64,000 nucleotides of DNA from Candidatus Microgenomatus sp. (GCA_020724805.1 DYGI01000001.1:8934-72933), one strand, 5' to 3'; numbered from the stretch's first letter, positions 1-8,660 are shown. A program made the numbers and translations. The notes: generated from the letters alone by a model not told the origin.

Positions 1-37
1 CTTTTTCACGAGAAGCGAAATTAAAAATTCTTACCCT

Positions 38-583
38 TTAGTACGAGTGGAAATGCGTGTTTCCGTTTGAAGCGGACATTTTTCGATAAAATTCCACGTC
101 GGGATTTAGTTCCTTTGGATCAAAAATGACAAGGTCCATCCCTTCCCAAAGAAGGAACCATGCTGCCGGTTCTAGAAATACGATTAAGAATGAGAGAAAA
201 ACACTTTGGGATGGGTCTTTAAAATAGATGATTGCGGCAGCAAGCATACATACTACTCCAATAATCGCCATGTTTGTTCCCTTTCTCTTCACCTTTCGTT
301 TTTCGTCGCTCAAAAGATGGAAATGCCGCTTGAAGTGCGCCGCGAGGCGTTCTTTAATGATCGCTTCGTGCGATTCGTCACGCATTTTTTTTGGCACGTA
401 AAGTGACAGTTCTATTCCGATATTTTTGTCCAAGGTTGCGCGCTTTATCTCGTCAAGGAAATCCATCGACAGGGCTCGTTTGGAATACGGCCGTATATCA
501 AAGTCAGAAAATATATCGTCATACTGCTCAAGCTTGATGCTTATTTCCGAAGTTTCTGAAGTCGCGGAGATTTCGCGTTTCAT
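38..583 (-). CDS. hypothetical membrane protein
   Basis: 181-aa ORF with two predicted C-terminal hydrophobic helices; no recognisable family. Confidence 0.35.
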   Translation of the reverse strand: MKREISATSETSEISIKLEQYDDIFSDFDIRPYSKRALSMDFLDEIKRATLDKNIGIELSLYVPKKMRDESHEAIIKERLAAHFKRHFHLLSDEKRKVKRKGTNMAIIGVVCMLAAAIIYFKDPSQSVFLSFLIVFLEPAAWFLLWEGMDLVIFDPKELNPDVEFYRKMSASNGNTHFHSY

Positions 584-609
584 ATTGATGGTTTTATTAT
601 ATCCAACTT

Positions 610-683
610 TGGTGGACCCAGGGAGAATCGAACTCCCGACTCGGCAATGCGAATGCCGCGTAATACCACTTTACTATGGGCCC
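610..683 (-). tRNA. tRNA-Ala (anticodon CGC), CCA encoded
   Basis: Hand-folded cloverleaf: acceptor GGGCCCA/TGGGTCC with G3:U70, anticodon loop UUCGCAU, T-loop TTCGATT, 3' CCA present. Confidence 0.75.
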
Positions 684-690
684 GCAGCGA

Positions 691-722
691 GAAGTAAAAA
701 GATGATAACATCTTTTTACTTC
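691..722. promoter_or_regulatory. conserved hairpin in 5' leader of tRNA-Ala(CGC)
   Basis: Perfect 14-bp hairpin gaagtaaaaagatg-ataa-catctttttacttc immediately upstream (tRNA sense) of the tRNA 5' end. A homologous hairpin and flanks occur upstream of tRNA-Ala(GGC) at 49435-49464. Confidence 0.4.
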
Positions 723-773
723 GAGCGAGGGTACACGTCGACGAAGTCGACATAGGCCCGGATTTAAAAATCC

Positions 774-922
774 TGTCGGGGCATTGGGAAGCGAACGTCG
801 CTTCGCTCCCTGAAACCCTTCGGTTTCAGTACTTCCGGCGCGGGAAACCTCTCCTTTGCGGTTTCCCGACCCCTTCCCTGTCCGATTCCCAGCACGACGG
901 GAAGAAACTCGTGCCGAATTTG
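774..922 (-). mobile_element. tRNA-flanking structured insert, family A (Pro copy)
   Basis: 774-790 is a 17-nt direct repeat of the tRNA-Pro 3' end (tgtcggggcattgggaa). A ~130-bp insert follows with hairpins 810-829 (ctgaaacc-CTTC-ggtttcag) and 841-868 (cgggaaacc...ggtttcccg). Homologous to inserts at 38346-38543 and 39501-39654. Confidence 0.5.
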
Positions 923-993
923 TCGGGGCATTGGGAATCGAACCCAAGCTACGGAGTCCCGAACCCCGCGTACTACCACTATACTATGCCCCG
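923..993 (-). tRNA. tRNA-Pro (anticodon CGG), no encoded CCA
   Basis: Acceptor CGGGGCA/TGCCCCG, anticodon loop UUCGGGA, T-loop TTCGATT; hand-folded. Confidence 0.7.
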
Positions 994-1934
994 TTCCGCT
1001 CTCCATTAAACCTTGGAGGCTCAAAAAAATCCACTATACCTTGGTAGGTGAGGTCTGCAAGTGCGGGAAAAAGCTGTGCGCGTGCATTCTTGTCCACAAA
1101 ATAGGGCTCGTATATGTACCCGTACTCAATGAGGAGCGAGGCGGGATAGAGCGAGCCGTATGCGCCCACCGCGATAAGCTCTTGGTCCTCCACCACCCCT
1201 TCTTTTTCCTGAGGATAGTTGCTCACGGTAAGCGCGGTATTGAGCCGCGCTTTCACCGTATTCGCAAGCGCGCGACTCGCACGCGCATTGGGGAATTGGG
1301 ATTCGGGAACATAGATGCTAAAGCCGGTGTACCGCCCCGGCCGGGACGCTCGCGCCCTTGGATAATCGTTGAAGTGGATATGAAGAAGCGCGTCTACTCC
1401 ATTCTCATTCGCCCACAAGTTGATGCCGTAGAGTCGCCGTACGATTTCACTCGCCGCAAACCCGTGGTAGTTTTCCGTGACCGGTACTACGTCACCACGC
1501 GCAACCGCGCTCGCAAAAACCGCACGCACATAATCACGAAACTCCCAAATGAGCGATGAAAAAGTCTCAAAATGGTCCGCAAATTCATCCTTATACTCCC
1601 CGCTCTCGCGCGTAATGGTAACCGCAAAGCGCGGGTCTCCGGCAAAGCGGTCGCGCACCATTTTCCCCAATTCCAGCGTAAGGTCCGCTTCTCGCGTCCC
1701 CTTATACTCAGTGCCCCAAAATTCATCATCGTGGCCTGGCACCACAAGTATCCGGATTGGCACGCGAGATTCGTATTTCGCCCGAAGCGTTTCGGGCGTT
1801 ATTCTCTCGGGCGCGACAAGCGCCGCCAGCGAATCCCTCGCGTCGGGTAAGGGAAGCGGATTCCACACAAACGCGAGAAAAACAAAAGCCGCTCCACCAA
1901 GTACGCCAAGAACCGTGCGCCACATGAAGGTCAT
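984..1934 (-). CDS. N-acetylmuramoyl-L-alanine amidase (Amidase_3 family)
   Basis: 316 aa, N-terminal TM/signal, motifs ILVVPGHDD and HIHFND typical of cell-wall amidase_3; 3' end abuts/overlaps tRNA-Pro by ~10 nt. Confidence 0.7.
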   Translation of the reverse strand: MTFMWRTVLGVLGGAAFVFLAFVWNPLPLPDARDSLAALVAPERITPETLRAKYESRVPIRILVVPGHDDEFWGTEYKGTREADLTLELGKMVRDRFAGDPRFAVTITRESGEYKDEFADHFETFSSLIWEFRDYVRAVFASAVARGDVVPVTENYHGFAASEIVRRLYGINLWANENGVDALLHIHFNDYPRARASRPGRYTGFSIYVPESQFPNARASRALANTVKARLNTALTVSNYPQEKEGVVEDQELIAVGAYGSLYPASLLIEYGYIYEPYFVDKNARAQLFPALADLTYQGIVDFFEPPRFNGERNGA

Positions 1935-3385
1935 TTCACGAAATACCGTTTTTTCATCTCTTCCTCCAATCCGCTTTCGAACTCCTCCTTTTTTTCTCGC
2001 GCCGCGCGCGCAAGCGATTCCAATTCCTCTTCTTTAAGACCCGCAAGTTCTTTCACGCGCGGCTCAAGATATTCCTTAGTATTTCGTTTAGGGTCATCAA
2101 GCACCTCTTCCAACAACACGCCGAGTATCTTTCCTATCTTCGGCCCGGGTTCCATCCCTAATATTTTCATCACCTCATCCCCTTTCACCGCGAGCATTTT
2201 CGGGTGTATCGGGTCTTTCTTCACCTTCTCCATCATAAAAAGGAGGTGGCGAAGCTTGTAGGGGAACGCTTTGGGCACTCCCGAACCTATGCGGTCTCCC
2301 TCGCGCACCTTCAAAAGGTCATCGATGTATTCCGGCCCCACGCGCGCGATAAAGCGCCGCACACCTGCTTCCGAAACCTCACCCACGTTGTAGTAAAAAA
2401 GGTGATGGCGCACGAGATGCACCACGCGCTCGGCCACATCCTTGCCAAACCTCAGCCTGTCCATAATGATGGCGGCCATCTTCGCACCCACCACTTCGTG
2501 GTTGTAAAAAGTGGAGTCCGGTCCGTCCCCGCGCTTTGTTTTGGGCTTGCCCACATCATGGAGGAGCGAGGCAAGACGCACCTCAAAGGAATATCCTTTC
2601 TCCGCCGCATAGTGGAGTGCCCGCACATTGTGGTCAAACACGGTGTAAATATGATGTTTGTTCTGGCCACACCCTATGCCTTCGCGCAGTTCGGGTACTA
2701 CGAATTTCAAAAGGCCTAAATCCTCCATTGCGACCACGCCTTCCGCCGCACGCGGACTCATTATCAATTTCACGAATTCGTCCCGAATGCGCTCCTTCGC
2801 TATTGCCTCAAGAAGACTTGCGTGATGTATGACTGCTTTTTTGGTATTTTCCTCAATTTCAAATCCGAGTTCCGTGGCGAGACGTACCGCGCGCATCAAA
2901 CGAAGCGCATCCTCTTCAAAGCGCGCTTTGGGATTGCCCACGGTGCGAATCGTTTTTTTCTTAAGATCCGCGACGCCTTCATGCGGGTCAACAATATCTC
3001 TGGAAATGTTCGCGGCGATGGCGTTCACGGTAAAATCGCGACGCGAGAGATCTTCCTCGATGGTCTTCGCAAACTTTACTTCGTCGGGATGCCGAAAATC
3101 GGTGTAGCGACCTTCGATACGGAACGTGGTAACCTCCACGATTTTCAGCGTTGGGTCATCCGATTCCGTCTTCACGCCGACCGTGCCGAACGTATTTTCA
3201 TACACGCTTTCGGGAAAAAGCTCCTGCACCTTGTCAGGCGTGGCGTCGGTTGCCACATCCCAGTCTTTGGGCGCGCGCTTCAAGAGAAGATCTCGGAGGC
3301 ACCCGCCCACCAGAAAGGCCTGGTGCCCATTTTTTTTAAGCGTCTCCGCGATATTCCTCACTTCTTGCGGAATAGCAAATTTCAT
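1931..3385 (-). CDS. cca: CCA-adding tRNA nucleotidyltransferase with HD domain
   Basis: Track ORF 1931..3556 overlaps tRNA-Arg. Start moved to the internal ATG (MKFAIPQ...); poly(A) polymerase head-domain motifs (GGCLRDLLL, DWDVAT) and C-terminal HD (HD...H) region. Confidence 0.8.
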   Translation of the reverse strand: MKFAIPQEVRNIAETLKKNGHQAFLVGGCLRDLLLKRAPKDWDVATDATPDKVQELFPESVYENTFGTVGVKTESDDPTLKIVEVTTFRIEGRYTDFRHPDEVKFAKTIEEDLSRRDFTVNAIAANISRDIVDPHEGVADLKKKTIRTVGNPKARFEEDALRLMRAVRLATELGFEIEENTKKAVIHHASLLEAIAKERIRDEFVKLIMSPRAAEGVVAMEDLGLLKFVVPELREGIGCGQNKHHIYTVFDHNVRALHYAAEKGYSFEVRLASLLHDVGKPKTKRGDGPDSTFYNHEVVGAKMAAIIMDRLRFGKDVAERVVHLVRHHLFYYNVGEVSEAGVRRFIARVGPEYIDDLLKVREGDRIGSGVPKAFPYKLRHLLFMMEKVKKDPIHPKMLAVKGDEVMKILGMEPGPKIGKILGVLLEEVLDDPKRNTKEYLEPRVKELAGLKEEELESLARAAREKKEEFESGLEEEMKKRYFVK

Positions 3386-3390
3386 ATATG

Positions 3391-3465
3391 TGGTGCCCTC
3401 GGAGGGATTCGAACCCCCAATAACTGCTTCGAAGGCAGTCGTGATATCCATTTCACTACGAGGGC
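3391..3465 (-). tRNA. tRNA-Arg (anticodon UCG), CCA encoded
   Basis: Acceptor GCCCTCG/CGAGGGC, anticodon loop CUUCGAA, T-loop TTCGAAT, 3' CCA present. Confidence 0.75.
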
Positions 3466-3539
3466 CTAAATCGATTGTATCCTCAAAAATCCCGGTTCGC
3501 AAAAGAAAAAGCCGCACCCCCTCGATGCGGCCGAAATCT

Positions 3540-3713
3540 TCAATATGTATCTCCACGATAGCGAAGGCCTCCTTCCTTCCGAATTTTTTCCATAAGGCGC
3601 TTGGTGATGCCAGATTTCACAACGCGACGGAAATTCTCGAATGCTTTTTGTTGGTCAAATCCGTCACCAGTTGGCTTACGCGATTTTTGCGCTTTGCGCT
3701 TTTTCTTCGCCAT
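3540..3713 (-). CDS. small basic protein (57 aa), possibly ribosome-associated
   Basis: ATG..TGA ORF MAKKKRKAQKSRKPTGDGF... shorter than the 60-aa track cutoff; compact spacing between tRNA-Arg and tRNA-Lys. Confidence 0.4.
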   Translation of the reverse strand: MAKKKRKAQKSRKPTGDGFDQQKAFENFRRVVKSGITKRLMEKIRKEGGLRYRGDTY

Positions 3714-3772
3714 AACACGGCTCCTTATGTGGTTGAACTAACATAAGTATATCGGATATACTTTTTTCGTTC

Positions 3773-3844
3773 CGCCCCTAGCTCAACTGGCAGAGCAGCT
3801 CCCTCTTAAGGAGAAGGTTCTGGGTTCGACCCCCAGGGGGCGGA
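3773..3844 (+). tRNA. tRNA-Lys (anticodon CUU), no encoded CCA
   Basis: Acceptor CCGCCCC/GGGGCGG, anticodon loop CUCUUAA (G27:A43 mismatch in stem), T-loop TTCGACC. Confidence 0.7.
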
Positions 3845-4008
3845 CAACAAAGTTGGACGACCGTAGCTCTGCGCCTGCGCGCCGAGCGACCTTGGGGTCG
3901 AACGTCGGAGCATATGCGGCGCAGCAGCGCTGCACGCGAGACGGTGCCCAGTCCGAAGGCGCGTGACGGCGCGCCGAGAGACGCGGGAGACCCCCAGGGG
4001 GCGGACAA
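3845..4008 (+). repeat. tRNA-flanking insert, family B (Lys copy), with direct repeat of tRNA 3' end
   Basis: A ~145-bp GC-rich insert follows tRNA-Lys. A 20-nt exact copy of the tRNA 3' end (gacccccagggggcggacaa) sits at 3989-4008. The tRNA-Leu insert at 45201-45326 has the same architecture and a similar start. Confidence 0.45.
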
Positions 4009-4202
4009 TTTGAAGAAAATCGTTTATAAAACCGGCCTACGGCACCGAGGCGGTTATGTCGGTAGAGTGCGCCCCACCGAGCGCATCTATTCTATCGCGG
4101 TCATTCGCTTTCAGCTCACGACCTGGGCCGATAATATGCCTCTTTTTGGTGATAAGTCGCGTTAGCGCCACAAAAAGATACGAGGTATAATATCCGCCAT
4201 TC

Positions 4203-6332
4203 ATGGCTTCCATCGCATTTGAAACGGCACTGGAAGACATTAGTGGTATTGCGCCGCGCTATCTTACGGCATTCAAACGTCTGAATATAAAAACTGTCCG
4301 CGATCTCCTCTATCATTTCCCCTCCCGATACGAGGACTATTCGCACGTGTATCGCATCGCAGAACTCGAGCCGGGACAAGATGCAACCATCCAAGGTGAG
4401 ATATATGAAGTAACGGGCCGAAAAACGTGGCGACGCACGTACTATGTGACCGAAGCAGTTATCACGGACGGTGAAGATTCCATTCGCGCGGTGTGGTGGA
4501 ATCAGCCCTATCTCAGAAATACCCTTCGCCACGGCGCACGCGTCAACATTTCGGGAAAAGTGTCCGTGAACGAGCGGGGCGAGTTATTTTTCTCGAACCC
4601 CGCGTTCGAATTCATCCATGCGCACGAAGAAGCGCACGATGCAACGCATACCGCCCGTATTGTCCCTATCTATCGCGAAACTCACGGCCTCACTTCAAAA
4701 GGCATTCGTTATATCCTTCGACCAATCCTTGAAAATGTTGATGTTGAAGAGTTCCTTCCCGAAGCGGTTTTGGAACGAGAGGGATTCCCGACGCTTCGAC
4801 CCGCGCTTCACGCGGTGCATTTCCCCGATGAACTCGCTGAAACGGAAGCGGCGAAGCGTCGGTTTGCATTTGAGGACCTTTTTCTCCTTGAGCTCACCAA
4901 TGCGCGTGAACGGGCGCGCCTTTCAAAAGAAAGTGCGCTTTCTGTTCCTTTTCCGGCTGCGCGTCGGAAAAAAATCATTTCATCACTCCCTTTTGCACTC
5001 ACCGATTCACAGGCGCATGCGCTCGATGAAATACTCGAAGACATCGCAAAGCCGCATCCGATGAACCGCCTTCTCCAAGGAGATGTGGGGTCCGGTAAAA
5101 CCATTGTAGCGGGTATCGCTGCTATGGCGGCGGGGGAAGCAAAATATCAAACCGCCATTATGGCGCCCACCGAAATACTCGCCTATCAGCATTACGAAAC
5201 TTTCAAGAAATTTTTTTCTGACTTCGCGGGAGGTATCGCGCTCCTCACGGGGAGCGCCGCGCGCATCTTTCTTGGCGAAGGACTCGAGCGCGAGACGAAA
5301 AAAGCTGAACTTCATAGCGCAATCCGTGCCGGCAGAATCTCTATCGTTATAGGCACCCATGCGCTCATCGAGAAAAAAGTAACGCTCCCTCACCTCGCCC
5401 TTGTGGTCATCGACGAACAACATCGATTCGGCGTGGAACAGAGAGCCGCGCTCATGCGCGAAGACGCAGTTCCACATTTTTTGAGCATGTCAGCAACGCC
5501 GATTCCTCGCACGCTCGCGCTCACCATTTTCGGCAACTTGAATGTCTCGCAAATCACCGAACTCCCCAAGGACCGCAAGGAAATAATTACGAAAGTAGTC
5601 GCGCCCGAAAACCGCTTAAAGGCCTATGCGTTCATCAAGGAATTTGTGGAAAAAGGGAGGCAGGCCTTCGTCATATGCCCGCGCATCATCCCTTCCAATA
5701 TCGAACCGGGGGGGATGCTCGATGCCGCCACGCTTGCGCGACTGGATATGAAGAACGTAACAGAGGAATATGAAAAACTTTCAAAAAAAATATTCCCCGA
5801 TCTTTCGGTCGCGATGCTCCATAGAAAGTTGAAGCCGAAGGAAAAAGCGAGCGTGATGAAGGCTTTCTCGGACGGAAAAATCGACATTTTGGTATCCACA
5901 TCCGTCATTGAGGTAGGCGTCGACGTGCCGAATGCGACCATAATGATGGTGGAAAGCGCCGAACGGTTCGGCCTTGCACAGCTCTATCAGTTCCGCGGAC
6001 GCGTCGGCCGCGGTGCCCATCAATCTTTTTGCCTTCTTTTCACGGAATCCACCTCGGAAGCGACGCAAAAACGCCTGGAAGCAGTAGCGCGCGCGAAAAA
6101 CGGTTTTGAGCTTGCCGAAGAGGATCTGAAACTCCGCGGACCAGGTGAATTTTTGGGCACCATCCAAACCGGCATGCCCGATATCGCGATGAAGGCGCTC
6201 CAACACCCCACACTTATTCCTAAAGCGCGTTCCGCCGCAGGGGAACTTTTAAAGAAGGGGGGCGATTACTGCCTCTCTCCACTCCTCCAAAATAAGCTTG
6301 TGGCGTTCAAAAAACAGATTCATTGGGAATAG
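4203..6332 (+). CDS. recG: ATP-dependent DNA helicase RecG
   Basis: 709 aa; wedge domain, Walker A GDVGSGKT, DEQH box, helicase C motifs; TATAAT-like box ~18 bp upstream. Confidence 0.9.
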   Translation: MASIAFETALEDISGIAPRYLTAFKRLNIKTVRDLLYHFPSRYEDYSHVYRIAELEPGQDATIQGEIYEVTGRKTWRRTYYVTEAVITDGEDSIRAVWWNQPYLRNTLRHGARVNISGKVSVNERGELFFSNPAFEFIHAHEEAHDATHTARIVPIYRETHGLTSKGIRYILRPILENVDVEEFLPEAVLEREGFPTLRPALHAVHFPDELAETEAAKRRFAFEDLFLLELTNARERARLSKESALSVPFPAARRKKIISSLPFALTDSQAHALDEILEDIAKPHPMNRLLQGDVGSGKTIVAGIAAMAAGEAKYQTAIMAPTEILAYQHYETFKKFFSDFAGGIALLTGSAARIFLGEGLERETKKAELHSAIRAGRISIVIGTHALIEKKVTLPHLALVVIDEQHRFGVEQRAALMREDAVPHFLSMSATPIPRTLALTIFGNLNVSQITELPKDRKEIITKVVAPENRLKAYAFIKEFVEKGRQAFVICPRIIPSNIEPGGMLDAATLARLDMKNVTEEYEKLSKKIFPDLSVAMLHRKLKPKEKASVMKAFSDGKIDILVSTSVIEVGVDVPNATIMMVESAERFGLAQLYQFRGRVGRGAHQSFCLLFTESTSEATQKRLEAVARAKNGFELAEEDLKLRGPGEFLGTIQTGMPDIAMKALQHPTLIPKARSAAGELLKKGGDYCLSPLLQNKLVAFKKQIHWE

Positions 6333-6398
6333 GATTGCGGGGATTACCCTTCGTGAGGTACGATACTCCCAGTTCATCACATCCTGAAAGGATCTCAT

Positions 6399-7049
6399 AT
6401 GAGGACGTTCTTTGCGGTATTGGCTCTCTACGCGCTTCTTGCGTGCACTGCGGCCTCCGTGGGGAACGCCCAGGAGGCACGCGAAGAAATTCTTGTCACG
6501 TCTTACGAGGCTGAGTGGGGAGGACCGTTCCATGTCGTTTTTTTCGGAAAGCTTTTTGGAAAACTTCCTTCCCGATTCACATTTCGAGAAGTGCGATGGA
6601 CTACGCCACAACAGGAAGAATTTTTCTTCGAGCTTTCCGATGATGGGAAAGTGTGGGCACGACTCCATTCCGATACCAACGTGACCCATTCATTCATCGA
6701 CCTCCCAGGAAAGCCGGCGCGTCGCTTAAATGCGGATGTAGTACGGTTTGTCCGCGGCATCAAGCGCCTTATGGCCGATACTTCGGTTTATTCATTCGAG
6801 GGAGAATTCTGCTTCGGTAAAACGCAAATCACCGCAACCGCAGCAAAAGCCTCTTCCGGCGCTTCACCGGAAATGCAATTCTCGCCCTTGATTTCGGTTG
6901 CTACGTACGACACGCTCGGCAATCCTTCCATAAACGGCTTTGTGGAGTTCAGGAAAAATCCCCACTTACTCCACTATCCACTCATATTTATCGCGATACC
7001 GGAAGACGAATTGACCGTCACGCTTCGCGAAATTCGCTCCACACCATAA
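6399..7049 (+). CDS. hypothetical secreted protein
   Basis: 216 aa with N-terminal signal peptide (MRTFFAVLALYALLACTAASVG). Confidence 0.45.
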   Translation: MRTFFAVLALYALLACTAASVGNAQEAREEILVTSYEAEWGGPFHVVFFGKLFGKLPSRFTFREVRWTTPQQEEFFFELSDDGKVWARLHSDTNVTHSFIDLPGKPARRLNADVVRFVRGIKRLMADTSVYSFEGEFCFGKTQITATAAKASSGASPEMQFSPLISVATYDTLGNPSINGFVEFRKNPHLLHYPLIFIAIPEDELTVTLREIRSTP

Positions 7050-7085
7050 CCCCGACGTTTTCTGTCGGGGTTATTTCTTTTTCAG
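7048..7085. terminator. bidirectional rho-independent terminator
   Basis: Hairpin ccccgac-gttttct-gtcgggg followed by ttatttcttttt, between convergent genes. Confidence 0.55.
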
Positions 7086-7445
7086 CTCTTCAAGTGAATT
7101 TTCTATCCTCTCCAGTTGATGTTTTATATTTTTGAGCGTCTCCGATTCTTCGCGAACTTCTTCTTCGGTACGCTCCACAATCTTCTTCTCGCGTTTCAGA
7201 CCGGTCACGATGAGTTGATCACTTATAAAGTGGAATACGAACGAGCCGGTCACTAACATAGTAAGCACGCTCAATACAAACGAAACCTCCCACGGCATTC
7301 CCATTTCATCCGCCACCATCCACACGCCGCGGAAAAACAACACGATGCCAAAGCCGGAAATAAGCGCATACACCACCGGATGACGCGAGAGCCGCGCCCG
7401 TACGCGGTCTTCGAGTTCATCAAAAAATTTTACAATCGATTTCAT
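7071..7445 (-). CDS. hypothetical membrane protein with C-terminal coiled coil
   Basis: 124 aa, two TM helices then a charged helical tail. Confidence 0.45.
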   Translation of the reverse strand: MKSIVKFFDELEDRVRARLSRHPVVYALISGFGIVLFFRGVWMVADEMGMPWEVSFVLSVLTMLVTGSFVFHFISDQLIVTGLKREKKIVERTEEEVREESETLKNIKHQLERIENSLEELKKK

Positions 7446-7447
7446 AT

Positions 7448-8587
7448 TTAACGCACTTCCGCACCAAACCTTTTCTTCGTTTCTTCCGTTATTTTTTCCT
7501 GAATCGGGGCTACTTCCTCCGTGGTGAGCGTCCGTTCGTTCGAGCGATACACCGTACGGTAGGTGTAACTTATCTTACCACTCCCGAACTTCCTTTCGTC
7601 CTCATACTTGTCGAGAAGAGCGACTTCTTCCACCAAATCGCCGCCAATATCACGGATGAGGTCAAAATAATCGTTCGGCACGAAGTTTCTATCTACCACG
7701 AACGAAATGTCGCGCGTGATAGGAGGAAATTTACTCACCTCTTTGAATTCGGTTCCCAATTTTAACTGGCGCGTAACGCGTGGGTCCTCGGACCACAAAA
7801 GCCGGATGTCGGGGAGATTCATGCTCGCAATTGCGAGACGCTCCAATCCGAATCCGAACGCCCACCCGGTGTAATTCGAAGAATCCACGCCAAGTTTTTC
7901 CAAAACGCTCCCCTTCACCACGCCGCACCCTACAACCTCCACCCATTTCCCTTTAATCTCCACCTCCATCTCGCGCGAAGGATCGGTGTAAGGGAACGTG
8001 TCGGGGTTCAAGCGGTATTTGACGTCAGGCCCGAACACCGCGGTTGCAATAGCGCCAAGCGATTCTTCAAGTTCCTTCACGCCGATGGTCTTTATCGCCT
8101 TCGGTGCAAGATACCACCCGTCAATCTGGTGGAACACGTTCATGTGGTTCCGATCTATCTCGTCCCGGCGATATACCTTCCCAAAACTGAAACACCCTAC
8201 CGGTTCATTCGCCGCAATGCGCCGCTTTATCTCCTCGTCCAAGAGATAGTAGTACCACATCACGGTGGTATGAGTCCGAAGAATATTCTTGTCATCCACG
8301 TAGTATGTGTCCGAGCGACTTCGCGCCGGGTGGTCCGCAGGAAAATCGAAAAGATCGAAACTTACCGACGCGGGCACTATTTCCGGCGTTTTGATGACAT
8401 CCAAATCCTTGAAATACGGGCTCGCGAGTATGCGCTTCACGATCTCCGCAATGGGGTTCCCTTCTTTTCGCGAAAGGTCCGGCATCGCAAGAAAACGTTG
8501 GAGGCGCAATCCGTCCGGATCCGTTCGTCTCTGAAGTTTCTCGCGCAATATTTTTTCTTCCGGAGAATCGATGTGTATTTCTTTCAT
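7448..8587 (-). CDS. pheS: phenylalanine--tRNA ligase alpha subunit
   Basis: 379 aa; class II aaRS motifs (FPADHPAR, DTFY) and PheS catalytic core; pheT is not adjacent. Confidence 0.85.
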   Translation of the reverse strand: MKEIHIDSPEEKILREKLQRRTDPDGLRLQRFLAMPDLSRKEGNPIAEIVKRILASPYFKDLDVIKTPEIVPASVSFDLFDFPADHPARSRSDTYYVDDKNILRTHTTVMWYYYLLDEEIKRRIAANEPVGCFSFGKVYRRDEIDRNHMNVFHQIDGWYLAPKAIKTIGVKELEESLGAIATAVFGPDVKYRLNPDTFPYTDPSREMEVEIKGKWVEVVGCGVVKGSVLEKLGVDSSNYTGWAFGFGLERLAIASMNLPDIRLLWSEDPRVTRQLKLGTEFKEVSKFPPITRDISFVVDRNFVPNDYFDLIRDIGGDLVEEVALLDKYEDERKFGSGKISYTYRTVYRSNERTLTTEEVAPIQEKITEETKKRFGAEVR

Positions 8588-8588
8588 G

Positions 8589-8660
8589 TACCGGGGGGGA
8601 GGATCGAACTCCCGACCTAGGGCTTATGAGTCCCTCGCTCTACCACTGAGCTACCCCGGC
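8589..8660 (-). tRNA. tRNA-Met family (anticodon CAU), no encoded CCA
   Basis: Acceptor GCCGGGG/CCCCGGU, anticodon loop CUCAUAA, GGG/CCC in anticodon stem, T-loop TTCGATC. Confidence 0.6.

Noticed and set aside
787-922. Family A inserts as tRNA introns or split/permuted tRNA halves
   Set aside because: The inserts lie entirely outside complete, foldable tRNAs, and the extra piece is a repeat of the 3' end, not a missing half. An intron would not require a duplicated exon segment.
426-1047. Track ORFs 426..755(+), 597..947(-), 764..1024(-), 856..1047(+)
   Set aside because: They run through tRNA-Ala, the family A element and tRNA-Pro. Their amino-acid composition is Arg/Pro/Gly-rich, typical of out-of-frame translation of GC-rich structured DNA.
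3126-3746. Track ORF 3126..3746(+) (206 aa) and the N-terminal 57 codons of track ORF 1931..3556(-)
   Set aside because: Both cross tRNA-Arg(UCG). The real genes are cca starting at 3385 and a 57-aa minus-strand ORF at 3540..3713 that was below the track length cutoff.
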